Assembly: GCA_030390025.1 (NCBI GenBank)
Contig: CM059432.1
Span: 88,228,001-88,292,000, forward strand
Origin: Squalus acanthias
Lineage: Eukaryota
DNA length: 64,000 nucleotides
Direction of reading: 5' to 3'
The translations under genes were made by a program, and so were the position numbers. Numbering within the stretch: the first letter of the stretch is position 1; each line of letters begins with the position of its first letter. Under the pieces are notes generated by a model. The model was given only the letters and a program-made list of their open reading frames with translations, ran no database searches and was not told where the DNA came from. Of this stretch, positions 12,228-25,385 are shown piece by piece.

Positions 12228-12730
12228 CCATAGAATTTTACAGTACAGAAAGAGGCTATTCGCCCATCACGCCTTTGTCAGCTCTTTGAAAGTCCCATTC
12301 CTCTGCCCTTTGTCCTTACACTTTGAAATGTTACCTTTCAAATATTTATCGACTTCCCTTTTAAAAGATATTATGGATTCTGCTTCCACTATTGTTTCTG
12401 GTAGGGCATCTATATTCTAACAACCTTCAGTGAAAAAAATTCTCCTGCCCTCTCCCTTTATAGTTCTTTTGGTGATAATCTTAAAATTATGCCTTCTAGT
12501 TAGGAATTCAGTGACTAGCAGAAATAGTTGTTACCTATTTATCATATCAAACCCCTCATAATTTCAAACACTTATATCAGATCACCTTAACTTTCTTTGT
12601 TAGAATGAAAAGAGTCCAGTTCCTCATAACTAAAGCCTCTCATCCCGTTATCATCTTAGTGAATCTCTTCTGTACCCTCTCCATGGCCTTAACATCCTTC
12701 CTAAAGTAAGGTGCCCAGAACTGGACCAAT
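12228..12730 (-). mobile_element. CR1 LINE 3' fragment, decayed
   Basis: Reverse complement of the CR1 ORF2 C-terminus (QFWAPYFRKD..) and 3' UTR. Confidence 0.8.
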
Positions 12731-13866
12731 TTTTCTTGCTCTTAACCCTGGGGACTATGTTCCCCAGTTGCCAAGTTCAGAAAAAAGGGGCGAAGAGACA
12801 AAAGGGGTAGAGATTCGTCAGCGCCCGGATATGGACACGGAGGTGGCAATGCAGCTGCAACACTCACCTGAACCGGGAAGCCCAAAGCTGGCTCACAATT
12901 TGCACTCGGACCTCATATAAATAATCTGACAAGCTGCCGCAGGAGTGTGTGGGGGGGGGGGGGGTGGCGGGGTGTGGGGGCGAGGGCGATCGTGGTCGAC
13001 AGGAGTGCTATGGAGCTGGGTTGAGCACATGAATTTTTAAAAAGTTACTATTTGCTGGCGGCTGGTTCATAGGCCGCATGCACGTCATGTGAAGGTGAAC
13101 AGAGCAGGCCCGCTGCCTACTCCACTCCTCGGGACACTAGTTTCCCGAGCGGTCCTAAAATAGGTATTAGGTCCCTCAATTAGATATGTAAGGTGCCTAA
13201 CGTTGTTTTAGGTGGCCCCCAGGGATGCCTGAAAAATTGTCCAACCGAATTTCCGACAGGATGTCTTTCAGGCATTCTTGGGGTGCAGAACGCGAGCTCT
13301 GAAATTGTGTCTCACTGCAGTCATTCTACTCCTGTTCCAATTTCTACCCCAAACTTACTCTTTCTTTTTATCATGTTGTCTGACCGATGGTGTAGGGAAA
13401 CTGCTAATAATGGCACAAACAAGGCTTGAATCAGATCTTCAACAGAAACACAGAAAAAATAGCTAAGTCAATAGAGAGCTTTTTACATTATTGGATCATT
13501 TGCCAAAGAACTGCAAATGTTTACTGAGTACTTTAGAAATCATTGCTTTTTAGTCTTGAATATTTAGACAAATTTGCTTAGTACCACAGATTATGCAGTC
13601 TACACTGCATAGTATTCAGTCTACAGAGTTGTCAATATTGGGCAAGTCCTAGCAATCTTCAATTGTGACCTCATCTCGTGCCAAAAACAGCAACATGGTT
13701 AAAAGTGGTAAGCTGTGTCTGTCACATAGGTCGTAGACATTGACCTGTTCATGGTTTTATCAGAGTTTGCTGTCCTATTACCTATTACTGATGTGGCTAA
13801 TCCAATTCACTGATTTTCTTTGGTGATCAGTCGAGCGACCCAGTCATCTCTTCATTAAGAAATAAA

Positions 13867-14247
13867 GAATTTGCATTTATATAGCATGTTTCCTGACCTC
13901 AGGACATCCCAAGGTTCTTTACAGCCACTGAAGTATTTTTGAAGTGTAGTCACTGTTGTCATGTAGGAAAACGCAGCAGCCATTTTGCACACAGCAAGGT
14001 CCCACAAACAGCAATGAGATAAATGACCAGATGGTCTGTTTTAGTGATATTGGTTGAGGGATAAATGTTGGCGGGACTCCCCTGCTCAACGTCAAATATG
14101 CCGTGGGATCTTTTACGTCAACCTGAGGGGGAAGACAGGGCCTCTGTTTAACGTCTCATCTGAAAGACAGCACTTCCGACAGTGCAGAACAGCCTTCAGC
14201 ACCGCACTGGAGTATCAGCCTAGATTATGTGCTCAAATCTCTGGAGT
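13867..14247 (-). mobile_element. Deu-domain SINE (SacSINE1/AmnSINE1-like) with L2-type tail
   Basis: Deu-like core (gagacgttaaac..aggccc..gacgtaaaagatccc) and tail tatataaatgcaa on the minus strand; homologous to 33626-34020. Confidence 0.75.
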
Positions 14248-14805
14248 AAAATACAGGAAGAATTATTTTTTCATCATTCACCTATAAAAAGTCATCTGAC
14301 AGAGGTGGAGACACACTGGAAAGGATGGGCATTGGCTGTAATTTAAGGGCAGATGGTGCAAAGTGCTGCCAAAAAAGATAGGCCATGAAATTCTCTGGGG
14401 TTCCACCGGTCTCCAGCCATATCTCCAGCTGAATACATTTATACAAAATTCCTTTGTCCTCTATTTTAATGGCAGCATTAATCCATTTGTATGCTACATA
14501 TGAAAATGATGGGCAGGGAAAGACCAACTGGTACATCAAGCCTGCCCCACTGTACTGACATCGCAAACAGGGTAATTTCAAGGCCTCGGTTTTGTCAAGG
14601 TGAAGCACTCCTCTCTATATTAGACAAACTTCATAGGTGCACCTAATATAACTTGAAATATCAAAAATGGACAATATCTATGAGATTCATTAGGTAATCA
14701 TTTTAGTAAGGAATGATAGTAAAAAAACAAAGATGATGATCACACTCAGCCAAATAAAGATGCTGCAATCGGAGGCTGACAGCATTATGGAGCAAAGTGT
14801 TATGA

Positions 14806-15425
14806 TTACATAGTCTTACATAGCATTTATAGCACAGAAACAGGCCATTCGGTCCAACAGATCCATGCCTGTGTTTATGCTCCACACGAACCTCCTCCCA
14901 CCCTTCTTCATCTTACCTCATCAACATATCCTTCTATTCCTTTCTCCCTCATGTGTTTATCCAGCTTCCCCTTAAATGCATCCATGCTATTCGCCTCAAC
15001 CACTCCCTGTGGTAGCGAGTTCCACATTCTAACCACTCTCTGGGTAAAGAAGTTTTTCCTGGATTCCCTATTAGATTTATTAGTGACTATCTTATATTTT
15101 TGGCCCCTAGTTCTGGTCTTGCCCGCAAGTGGAAACTTCTGCTCTACGTCTCCCCTATCAAACTCTTTCATAATCTTAAAAACCTCTATTAAGTACCCCT
15201 CAGTCTTCTCTTTTCGAAAGAAAAGAGCCCCAGCCTGTTCAGTCTTTCCTGATAGATATAACCTCTCAGTTCTGGTATCATTTTAGTAAATCTTTTTTGC
15301 ACCTTCTCCAGTGCATCTATATTCTTTTTTATAATATGGAGACCAGAACAGTTCACAATTCTCCAAGTGTGGTCTAACCACAAGTTTAACATAACTTCTC
15401 TGCTTTTCAATTCTATCCCTCTAAA
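14806..15425 (-). mobile_element. CR1 LINE 3' fragment
   Basis: RGIELKSREVML..LEKVQKRFTKMIP..FFTQRVVRMWNSLPQGVVEA. Confidence 0.92.
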
Positions 15426-16694
15426 TCTGATTAAATATGTTGTTGCTATGTGTTTTTTTTTGTTTTGACATAGTTCTCTGATTTTAGGTATTTTCAGGTA
15501 AAACTGCATTCACAATCTTATTAAACATCATGAGAACACCATCACTTCCAAGTTCCACTCTAAGTCACACATTAACCTAGCTTGGATTCATATCACCATT
15601 CCTTCATCATCGCTGAGTCAATGCCTAACATGGAAATAATACACTAACACAGTAATGATTTATTGGCTGCTTAGGCCTGAAGAGGCCCCAGGTGAAAAGC
15701 AGAACCAGGAGGTGAGCTCCAGAGAGAGTGATGTTGGAAGTGGATGGAATGGTCTACAATGTCAAAGGCAGTAGAGAGGTTGAGAATAAGCAAAGACAAC
15801 AAGCCAATCAGAGCATGTCATTTGTGACTTTGTTATTTGTCTCAGTGTTTTGGGAGGGTTAGAAGTTGGATTGAAACATGGAGCAGAGAGAGAGATGGGA
15901 GTATAGCTGTACTAGACTTTTAAACTTAACGGTAAGTGTTCTTAATGTTAAAGCTCCCAAGGACACTCTCCTAACATTAACATTTAAACGGCGCTTGCAT
16001 GCAGATTTCCTTTGTTCCTGTGCCGTGTGCAATGCTCAACCAGAAATGCAACTTAGGTCTCTCGGACTTGCACAGTATTCCACTGGTATAGGTCTGAGAC
16101 TGGGACAATACTTTACTTCTTCATTAATTTCTGAGTTTTTCCTTCTAATGTAAAATTCTGCACTGTTAGCTTCTTTTATCAGGACAATGTTGGTATAGTA
16201 CATAAAGAGCTCTTCATTACTCTATGACAGTAAGAAAGCACCTGGATAAATAGGGATTGACATGAGATCAAAAAGAGAGCATTCAATCTAATTATCTCTT
16301 GATTGGTAAGATCCTGTGACATAAAATAGAAGCGTATCATGCTTGACTAGGTTTCTAAGGCATCATTTCATGCCTCAGTGAAAAGTATCTGTGCTCATTT
16401 TTTTTTAATCTTGTGACTTAGTTCATCAGCTAAAAAGGGTTATTTTTCTTCCAAAGATTAGGTTATGGCTTAGTAGCCTGAGAAAAATGCAAACAATTTT
16501 TACTGCAGCAATGATGGTGAGGAGGAATCTCTTTCTGATTCAGCACTAAAATGAACCTTCAATACATGAATTGGCCTGCTTCTCTTTTGATAAAAATACA
16601 AAATAAATCATGGATTCACTCTGTAGTCTCCAGTCTTTGTATTTCAAAATCTATTTTTAAAACATAAAATGAATGAAAGCATCCTTCATTGTCA

Positions 16695-17652
16695 CACAAT
16701 GTCAGTTTCCACATGTACGCTGACGACACCCAGCTCTACCTCACTACTTCTTCTCTCGACCCCTCCACAGTCTCTAAATTGTCAGACTGCTTGTCCGACA
16801 GAGTAGAAATTTTCTCCAATGAAGACCGAAGCCATTGTTTTCGGTCCCTGCCACAAACTCCGTTCCCTAGCCACTGACTCCATCCCTCTGCCTAATATCT
16901 GTCTGAGGCTGAACCACACAGTTTGCAACCTTGGTGTCATATTTGACCTTGAAATGAGCTTCCAACTACATATTCGCAGCGTAACTAAGAATGCCTATTT
17001 CCACCTCCGTAACATCGCCCGTCTCTGTCCTTGCCTCAGCTCATCCGCTGCTGAAACCCTCATCCATTTGTTACCTCTAGACTTGACTATTCCAAGGCAC
17101 TCCTGGCTGGCCTCCCACATTCTACCCTACGTAAACTTGAGGTCATCCAAAACTCGGCTGCCCATGTCCTAACCCGCACCAAGTCCCGTTCATCCATCAC
17201 CCCTGTACTCGCTGATCTACATTGGCTCCCGGTTAAGCAACACCTCGATTTCAAAATTCTCATCCTTGTTTTCAAATCCCTCCATGGCCTCACCCCTTCC
17301 TATCTCTGTAATCTCCTTCAGCCCCACAACCCCCCGAGATATCTGCGCTCCTCTAATTCTGCCCTCTTGAGCATCCCTGATTATAATTGCTCAACCATTG
17401 GTGGCCGTGCCTTCTGTTGCCTAGGCCCTAAGCTCTGGAATTCCCTGCCTAAACCTCTCTGCCTCAGTACCTCTCTTTCCTCCTTTAAGACGCTCCTTAA
17501 CATCTACCTCTTTGACCAAGCTTTTGGTCACCTGCCCTAATTTCTCCTTATGTGGCTCGGTGTCAAATTTTTTGTCTTCTAATACTCCTTTGAAGTGCCT
17601 TGGGACGTATTACTATGTTAAAGGCACTATATAAATACAAGTTGTTGTTGTT
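16695..17652 (+). mobile_element. L2 LINE 3' portion (RT remnant)
   Basis: HMYADDTQLYL RT motif; KTEAIVFG..; tail aaaggcactatataaatacaa(gtt)n. Confidence 0.92.
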
Positions 17653-17810
17653 ATCTATTAACTATTTTCAACACTATAATTGTTCTGGTCATTTTACGTG
17701 CCTTGAATTACAATAATAACAATGTAGCACCTCATTAACTATTTAAATTCATAATGAATAGTCATTTGGTTCAGCATAACCCTTTTTTATAGAAAACATT
17801 GGTCGTTACC

Positions 17811-18240
17811 AACAACAACTTGCATTTATATAGCACCTTTAATGTAGGACAATATCCTAAGGTGCTTCAAAGAAGTGTAATCAGACAAAAATTGACACAG
17901 AGCTAAAAAAGGAGATATTAGGAGGGGTGACTAAAAGCTTGGTCAAAGTGGTGGGTTTTAGGGAAGGTCTTAAAGGAGGAGAAGGAGGTGGCGAGACGAA
18001 GAGGTTTAGGGAGGGAATTTCAGAGTTTAGGGCCTAGATGACTAAAAGCATGGCCGTCAAAGGTGGGGGATACACAAGAGGTCAGAATTGGTGGAAAGCT
18101 GAGTTCTCTGAAGGCTGTCGGGCTGGAGGAGGTTACAAAGATAGGGAGGCCATGGTGGAACAAGGATCAGAATTTTATATTTGAGGTGTTGATGGACCAT
18201 GAGCCAATGTAGGTCAGCAAGCACAGGGGTGGATGGGAGA
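17811..18240 (-). mobile_element. L2 LINE 3' fragment
   Basis: (aac)n-ttgcatttatatagc tail; reverse complement of the same family as 16695-17652. Confidence 0.82.
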
Positions 18241-19124
18241 GTGGACCAAATTTTAATGCATTTTTAAAAATTAGATTTAATGTGAGGTTTGAATTATCTG
18301 TGACAAATTTAGCCATAAATTATCACTTATTCTTTATTAATTAGCCACCACATTTGAGGTGAACCATATGTTCTGCTAAGTATATGGAAACAGTTTTAAG
18401 AATACACTATGCTTATAACTCTTGTAGCTTGACCAATTTCAAAGCGACTTAGTAGCAAGCTGTATGTACTGAGTGTGGTGCAGCTGCATTAGATTCCATC
18501 TAAATTACAGCTTGTCTAGAAAATTATTCCCATGTGTTTATAAAGGCCAGGAATCAGCCTTGTCCTCAGTCATGCAAGGCAAACATGAGATCAGTCAAAG
18601 GGTCATTTATATACCACAGGGCTCACTTTAGTTTTTATGGTTTTATGGTTTAAGCAGGGCAAAGTAAAGTTCAAATTAGGGTGATTAGGCACTGCGTAAC
18701 TAAGATGAACTTTTCAATGGAAGATGTGTAACATTGCACACGCTCAAATGGTTAAAGTTACACAGCAGTGGAATAATGCAATGTTGAATCGCAGATGCAT
18801 AGTTTTTGGCTCAAACAATTTCAATTCCATTTTTACCAATACAGTTTAATCTTCCTTCTAATTTGTACTAGTGTGATGATAGCCTACTAATATCAACCCT
18901 GTGTAGCTATCAACTCCAGCTAGAGATTTTTAATGATCTTAAATATCATCTGGTAATATCTGAAATAGAGTTGATATTCTGCGAGGAAGAGATCAAGTGG
19001 GTTCAAGCGATTTCTTCATCTGAAGCTGTCTTGTGAGAAATGTTGATCTTAATCTAAAAAGTGATCGTTCACATCCTTCAGCTCCTATGGATTATGAGGT
19101 TAGATGACAGCCTATTTACTATTT

Positions 19125-19736
19125 AAAGTTTTGATGCAACTTTACAGGGCATTGGTGAGACCGTACCTGGAGTACTGCTTACAGTTTTGGTCTCCATATT
19201 TAAGGAAGGATATACTTGCATTGGAGGCTATTCACAGAAGGTTCACTGGGTTGATTCCTGGGATGGAAGGGTTGTCTTATGGAGAAAGGTTGAGCAGGTT
19301 GTGCCTATACTCATTGGAGGTTAGAAGAATGAGACGGGATCTTATTGAAACATATAAGATTCTGAGGGGGATTGACAGGGTGGATGCTGAGAGGTTGTTT
19401 CCCCTAGTGGGGTTATCTAGAACTAGGGGGCATAGTTTCAGAATAAGGGGTCGCCCATTTAAGATGGAAATGAGGAGGAATTTCTTCTCTCAGAGGGTCG
19501 TGAATCTTTGGAATTCTCTACCCCAGAGAGCTGTGGAGGCGGAGTCATTGAATATGTTCAAGGCGGAGATTGACAGACATTTGAACTACAAGGGAGTCAA
19601 GGGGTATGGGGAGAGAGCGGGAAAGTGGTGTTGAGGCCAAGATTGGATCAGCCATGATCTTATTGAATGGCGGAGCAGGCTCGAGGGGCCGATTGGCCTA
19701 GTCCTGCTCCTGTTTCTTATGTTCTTATGTTCTTAT
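19125..19736 (+). mobile_element. CR1 LINE 3' fragment
   Basis: QLYRALVRPYLEYC..FFSQRVVNLWNSLPQRAVEA; (TTCTTATG)n tail. Confidence 0.95.
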
Positions 19737-19784
19737 TTCTCTAATACTTTAATTCCCTGTCACAATGTTTATTATTTTAATATA

Positions 19785-20346
19785 GGCACACATTTTGCTG
19801 TCCTGATAATGGCTGTCGTCATTATTTACACGCAAGTGGTACAGCAATTTCAGGTATGGGGCAGATGCGCATTTATACTCAAACATCCAAAAGTTGCTGG
19901 CCGAGGTGTGCTGCTCTGCCGTTGGCTTTGTGAAAGCTGAATCTTGCTGTCTGCTTCACCATTGAAATGCATTGAATGGCATGAAGTTGCTGTATTTGCA
20001 CGGTAGATACGAACTAAACGCGGGTGGGTGGGACCCGGGAAAATCCAGCCCTTTATTTCTCTTTCTGTACCTGATTTGACATTGAATTCACTCTCTCTAA
20101 TTTACACATCCTTCTCCGTTGTTCCTCTCTTTATTTCTCAATTCTTCAATCTGATTGGTTAAGGAGATATACAGTTGCTTGCCCTGTTCACTCAGGTCCT
20201 CGATGCCCAGTTTCCCTCACTGCGATGTTGTCAGCTCGCACTTTCAGCAACTTGCCAAGCAAAAAATTAAAAAACCTAATCATGTAAGGGCAGGTATAAC
20301 TAACAGCAGACGCCATTAGAGGCCCTATTACTGCAAAATCTGGTCC
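19785..20346. mobile_element. Probable MITE
   Basis: Imperfect TIRs GGCACACATTTTGCTGT and ACTGCAAAATCTGGTCC. Confidence 0.5.
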
Positions 20347-20479
20347 AAAGTGATGACTACTGTCGTGACACATCTCAGAATCAGGAAGTTCTGTAACACA
20401 TTCACACTTTCAGAATATCGACCTGACTTCCATAATCTAACAGATTACATATGTTGTTGCATAAGAACTCAAACATTTT

Positions 20480-20957
20480 GGCCCCAATTTTAACTCCCCC
20501 CGCCTGGTGGAAACCAACTGGGGGGGTAGTTAAAATGAGGGCTACGACTTTACCCCTTTCCACCCCGCTGTCTTCCCTGCCGTGTCCCAGTGGTAACCTA
20601 CTCTTTTGAGCAGGTGAGCAGGACACCCAACCCAAGCTTGAAGGAATCTTGTTAAAATACGCAGATTGGGGCCTGATGATGACATTGGGACCCGATTTGT
20701 TATTTTAGTTGGAGGCCTGAGCAGGGGAGCAGTGACAACTTTCTCGTCAGGCCAACGCTGTTGGGAGCTGGATCGTGGGCTAGAACAGGCCCAGGTGGGT
20801 AAGTTATTACATTTTATCTCAGGTGTCCTTGTGGGCCAGGAGGAGCAGGAGTGCTGGAGTTAAGATTGGCCGGGCTTCCACATCCCCGGATCTCCCAGGT
20901 ATGCCGCCCGCTTTGGGGTTTTCATTCACCGTACCTGCGCCCATTAAAATCAGGGCC
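20480..20957. mobile_element. Harbinger-like MITE
   Basis: TIRs GGCCCCAATTTTAA and TTAAAATCAGGGCC; TTT on both flanks. Confidence 0.7.
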
Positions 20958-21458
20958 TTTGTCTCTGCAACTTTGGATCCAAAATAGCTGTTGTTATGTG
21001 CCAGGCTCCTAGTGAGCATGGAGACAGTTACAAAGTCAAAAAAAATACTATTTCAGTGGGCTAGCTATACAGTTTACTATTCTTAATTTGAAGTTATCTG
21101 TTAATTCAAATTGAATAGGTGACAAAAATGCCTCCTTGTGCTGTGTTAGTTAGATTGTTTCATTCATCTACTACATAATTTGAATGTTCAAGCAAAAAGA
21201 GCTTTGAATTAACAGGAGTAGACTTTAGAAACATATGTTGAAGGGAATTCTTTTAGTTTTCAGAACATAAACTAGAAATTACAGTTGGTGATGTTATCGT
21301 CCAAGCACAACGTGCTTGTATCAAATTCTGCTCGCTACTATTTTAATGGTGTTAACCTGTTTCAGATCACTGCCTCTGTTAAAATAGCAGAAAAAGGAAT
21401 TTGATAGAAGTGTGTTAACTGTAGGCGTGATATCCTCAACAGTAACTTCCAGACTATA

Positions 21459-22610
21459 GGGGGAGAAATTCATTAGAGCTCAGGAATGGGCGGTAACTTT
21501 TGAAAAGTTTGAGAATTAGCGTCAGGCGCTAATGCTTCAGACTGTATGCAAAATTCAGTCTCATTGCACAAACAAAGGATTGGAGCGAGCGCTAAATCAA
21601 GCATTAATGGCCTAGCTCAGTGGCGTTAAACTTGAAGCGCTGACCAACATCAGGTGCAGTCTAATCACAAGTCATCATTGCCACAGGCTCTTTCCAGTTC
21701 TTAAAGGGGAGGTTCATTGATGCTGCAGAACCTCATTTGCATAATTGCTGGCTGTGCAGTCGTCTCAGCCAGCAGCAGCAAGTCAAGGAGAAGCAGCCGG
21801 ATGGCTCAAGCAGCCGTAATGATGGCAGATCATCGCCCCAGGGAGAGAGCCCGCAGATTTTGCGATCAAGCATTGGAGGCGTTGGTGTTCGCTGTGGAGA
21901 GATGGAAGGCGGTGCTCTACCCGGCAAGTGGCAGGAGGCCCTCGCCGCAAGTCTTCCGTACCATGTGGAGGGAGGTAGCTCAGCATGTCTTGAGCAGCAC
22001 TGTGGTCCCCAGGATCCACACACAGTGCAGGAAGAAGTTTAACGACATCACTCGGGTGGTCAGGGTGAGTCAATGCTTCAACAAATACTACATACTACTA
22101 TCTGAACCACAGTTTGCACACACTGCCCAAAGCACCACACCCCCAGCACTCACCCACCAACAATCTCTACCTACCAACACTCACACCCACATCTTACACC
22201 TTGCACACAATGACAGCTATTCAACTATGGCAGGCACATCACCCAAACACATTGCTCCAGACTCACTCACACACGTTCCTTTCTCTTGCAGGCCAAGGTG
22301 GCTCACAACAGGAGGGAGCAGGAGCACTCAACCACTGTTTGAGCTAAAGACTCAAGTGCTGCAGATTACTGGGCCCCAGGTGGTGGGCGCCGTGGCCATT
22401 GGTGACATTGACCCCCTTGAGGACAACAACGGTATGTTCATCCCTACTCCTTCTTCTCACATTGAGTGGCTGCCTCCCCCCTCGCTCCTGCTCCTCCTCA
22501 TCTTCCTCTTCCTCCTTGTCCTCCTCCTCCTCCTCCTCTCCCTCCTCCTGAGGTGGTCCCACAATCCCTGGTGGCAAGGGCTGGGCCCTCATGATGGCCA
22601 AGTTGAGTGT
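21459..22610 (+). mobile_element. Harbinger-type element C (truncated): Myb exons 1-2 fused to the transposase tail
   Basis: GGGGGAGAAATTC terminus; minus-strand TLNLAIMRAQPLPPGI-acidic tail at about 22465-22606. Confidence 0.82.
21801..22431 (+). pseudogene. Myb/SANT-like ORF, exon 1 intact, exon 3 deleted
   Basis: 21801-22064 open: RERARRFCDQALEALV..VLYPASGRRP..MWREVA..QCRKKFNDITRVVR, then gtgagt; exon 2 22292-22431. Confidence 0.85.
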
Positions 22611-23140
22611 GTGTGTACATGTATGTCTGTGTTGTAATGGGGAAATGCATGCTATAAAATTCATAATATTGGTGTAAGTGATTTAAAAAAAAATTCTCTC
22701 TTCCTATTGTGTCTTGCCATCTAGAAATAGACATAAAGCAGAAGGTTAAATTATGTCATTCAGTAAAAGGCATTGAAACATTAAAATATTGACCGCAGTG
22801 CCAACAAAGAACTTTACAGCAGAAATTGTTTAGTCAAATCTATTTTCTCAGCATCTGAACAACAAAAAAATCTTGTTAAAGTTTTATTATAGTTATAAAC
22901 TTCAATATTACACAGCAGACAAGTTTGTCTTACAGAAGCAGAGCATATTGGGAACATTAAATCTGCTCTTTTCTATTAGTATTAACCAGTAATTGTCAAA
23001 TTGAACTTGCTTCGCTCGAAGCAGAGAATTCATATGTGCGCCACATGTAAAAGTCCTTAAAATAAACAATGGTTGGAGTCAGCAGTCAGAGCCTGAAATA
23101 CAATACATGCCTTGAAAACAACGATAGACACATTAAACGT

Positions 23141-23173
23141 CTTACCAGGAAGTAAGACCGTAGCCATGGCAAC
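23141..23173. promoter_or_regulatory. RFX X-box-like palindrome with an adjacent ETS core
   Basis: GTAGCCATGGCAAC (23160-23173) and CAGGAAGT about 8 bp away, in apparently non-repetitive DNA; motif match only. Confidence 0.35.
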
Positions 23174-23689
23174 AGAAACACAGGACAACAATATAGGAAC
23201 TCATTACTTTATCTGCTCAGCTGAAAATAAAGTTTGGAAGCAGTTTCAACCCTGCACATAATGGGGCTGATTTCCATCTTGCTACCATCTCATTTTTTGG
23301 TATAAACAGGATGATAGCAGGACAGCTTTTCTTTTTAAATTGCTGACATGCTGCTGCAGATCCGCCCGTTCTGGAGGGAGGGCTTGTCTGCAGCCAGAGC
23401 TCTTTGGCAGCAGCTCATTGAAGAGCACTTCAGCTGGACAATTCTTACTATCCTGCATGAGTAATCAAGTCCAACATTTCTCCCAGTTGTTCCATCGTCA
23501 AATAAACTACATCCACCTAAAAACCAAAGTTGTTACTCATGTCAATTAATAATGCAATGTCACTAACTACTTCAGAAACACTCTCTAATTATAACCCTGA
23601 TGATAGTCCTTAATCTTAAGTGTTCTCTTATCTACAGTAGTGTTTCTAGGAGGTAATCCCACAGTGGCTGCCTCATGGGAGATAAAAAG

Positions 23690-25385
23690 GCTGCTTTGGC
23701 TCAGTCAAGGGCTCTTGAGAAGCTTGTGGTCAGTTACTTCTATGCATTCGACCTCTAACTGACTGCAGCAACTCGGTGGCAGCCGGGTTAGTCTAACCCA
23801 GCCAGCTTTCTGGCACCAGCATGGGCATTGGTAGAGAAGGTGGTGAAGGTCCAGGCATGCTATCATTCTAAGAGATGGCAACACATTTTCTATCCACTGC
23901 TCTTGCCGTCAGGCTGTGGGTCACTCCCATTGGTGTGTGGGAGATCACACTATAGGAGATCCATGATCAAAGTGAAGCCCCGATCCATTTGGTCTCCCAA
24001 GGAGATAGTGGAGCTGAGAGCCTGAATGGCCCCAGTGTGAGCATCTCTGAGAGATGCCACCACTGGTGCCAGAGACTCCTGCATGGAGGCCCCAGCTGCA
24101 GCATCCATTGAGATGCTCCATGGTTGAATGCAGAGTGCCAAAGCATGTGCCAGAATCCCACACAAGTTGATAGCGGACACCTCCACACTCTCTGACACAC
24201 TGTGGAAGCTCCTTGGCTGGCAATCCAATACATTGAGCAATAGCTGGTACACAGAAAGTATTTTGCTTTTAAATTACAAACAGAAAATGCTGGCAATACT
24301 CAGCAGGTCAGGCAGCATCTGTGGAGAGAGAAACAGAGTTAACGTTTCAGAAGCCCTTTCATCAGAACAGGAGGGTCATCGACCTGAAACATTAACTCTG
24401 TTTCTCTCTCCACAGATGCTGCCTGACCTGCTGGGTATCTCCAGCATTTTCTGTTTTTATTTCAGATTTCCAGCATCCGCAGTATTTTGCTTTTGTTTTT
24501 CTTTAAAAGGCTGGGCCCCTAAAGTCTGCATCTCTTTCCTCTTCAGCAGAGCTAGGACACGGGCTTGCTGTCTGGTGAGCTGTTTCCCGGGCACCCTTTC
24601 CACCTGCACTTTATCCTGCTTACTTGTGCTCAGTGAATCACCCAGTGCAGACTCCTCTAAATCACTATCTATACCACACGGGGTGCTGATTTCTGTTTTG
24701 GTGCTTGGAAGGGTAAGAGTGCGTGATGGTACATCTTCGGGAGGGTTCTCCGCCTCAGCTTGAGCTGCAGCCAGGCCCAAGATGTAAAAGACTCAGCTTT
24801 AGCTTCATGTGGTGCATCTAGAGAAAGAGAAGAGAATATTACAATGGTGACTTTAGGACAACTCTGTACTATAGGACTGTGTGAGGGAGAGATAACTCTA
24901 GGCACATACATACTTTGTACACAGCATTAATATAAGGTTATAGTGGAGTTTCCTACTTTGGTGGACCTAGTGAGGCCATTAAACTTCTTAAGCTAGGTAC
25001 ACTGAATAGCGTGATGGACATTGACATTTGTGGCAAACTCCTACAGGGGATCCTGAGCTGCTCCACTATTGCCTTATCGTAAAATCAGGACGAGTGTTGC
25101 TAAAACGTCTAAATAAAGCCATCCCTATAACTTTCTATACGTTAATAATTCTCCATCTAGCAAGAGATGCTGTGCCCCTTTAAATTGCTGCGGCACACGA
25201 TATATGCCCATTAATGAGCAAGCTTCTAACGAGAGGTGTTATTAATGCTGGGAGTTCACCTACACAGTGCAATTAGGCTGACTCCAGAAACTGAAGCAGG
25301 GTCAGCATATTAATGGTTGGGTGGATACTAATGATACACCACCCGATTTACTCCTAACCGAAGGCCTCAGCTGAAAATCAGGGTT
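23690..25385 (-). mobile_element. Harbinger-type element D, old Myb gene relic
   Basis: KKFNGLTRSTK then gt at about 24955-24990; exon-3-like LPSTKTEISTP..LEESALGDSLSTS at 24500-24815. Confidence 0.6.
24255..24495. mobile_element. Fold-back pair of Penelope pLTRs containing a hammerhead core
   Basis: About 70-bp inverted arms; minus strand 24368-24337 reads gtt-CTGATGA-aagggcttct-GAAAC-GTT-aact. Confidence 0.8.

Noticed and set aside
21717..22637. 306-aa ORF as a real protein
   Set aside because: It reads through intron 1 (gtgagt at 22065) and into the antisense of the transposase acidic tail, which gives the poly-Leu; only exon 1 is in the true frame.
24128..24763. 211-aa ORF
   Set aside because: Chance frame across a pLTR fold-back and an antisense Myb relic.
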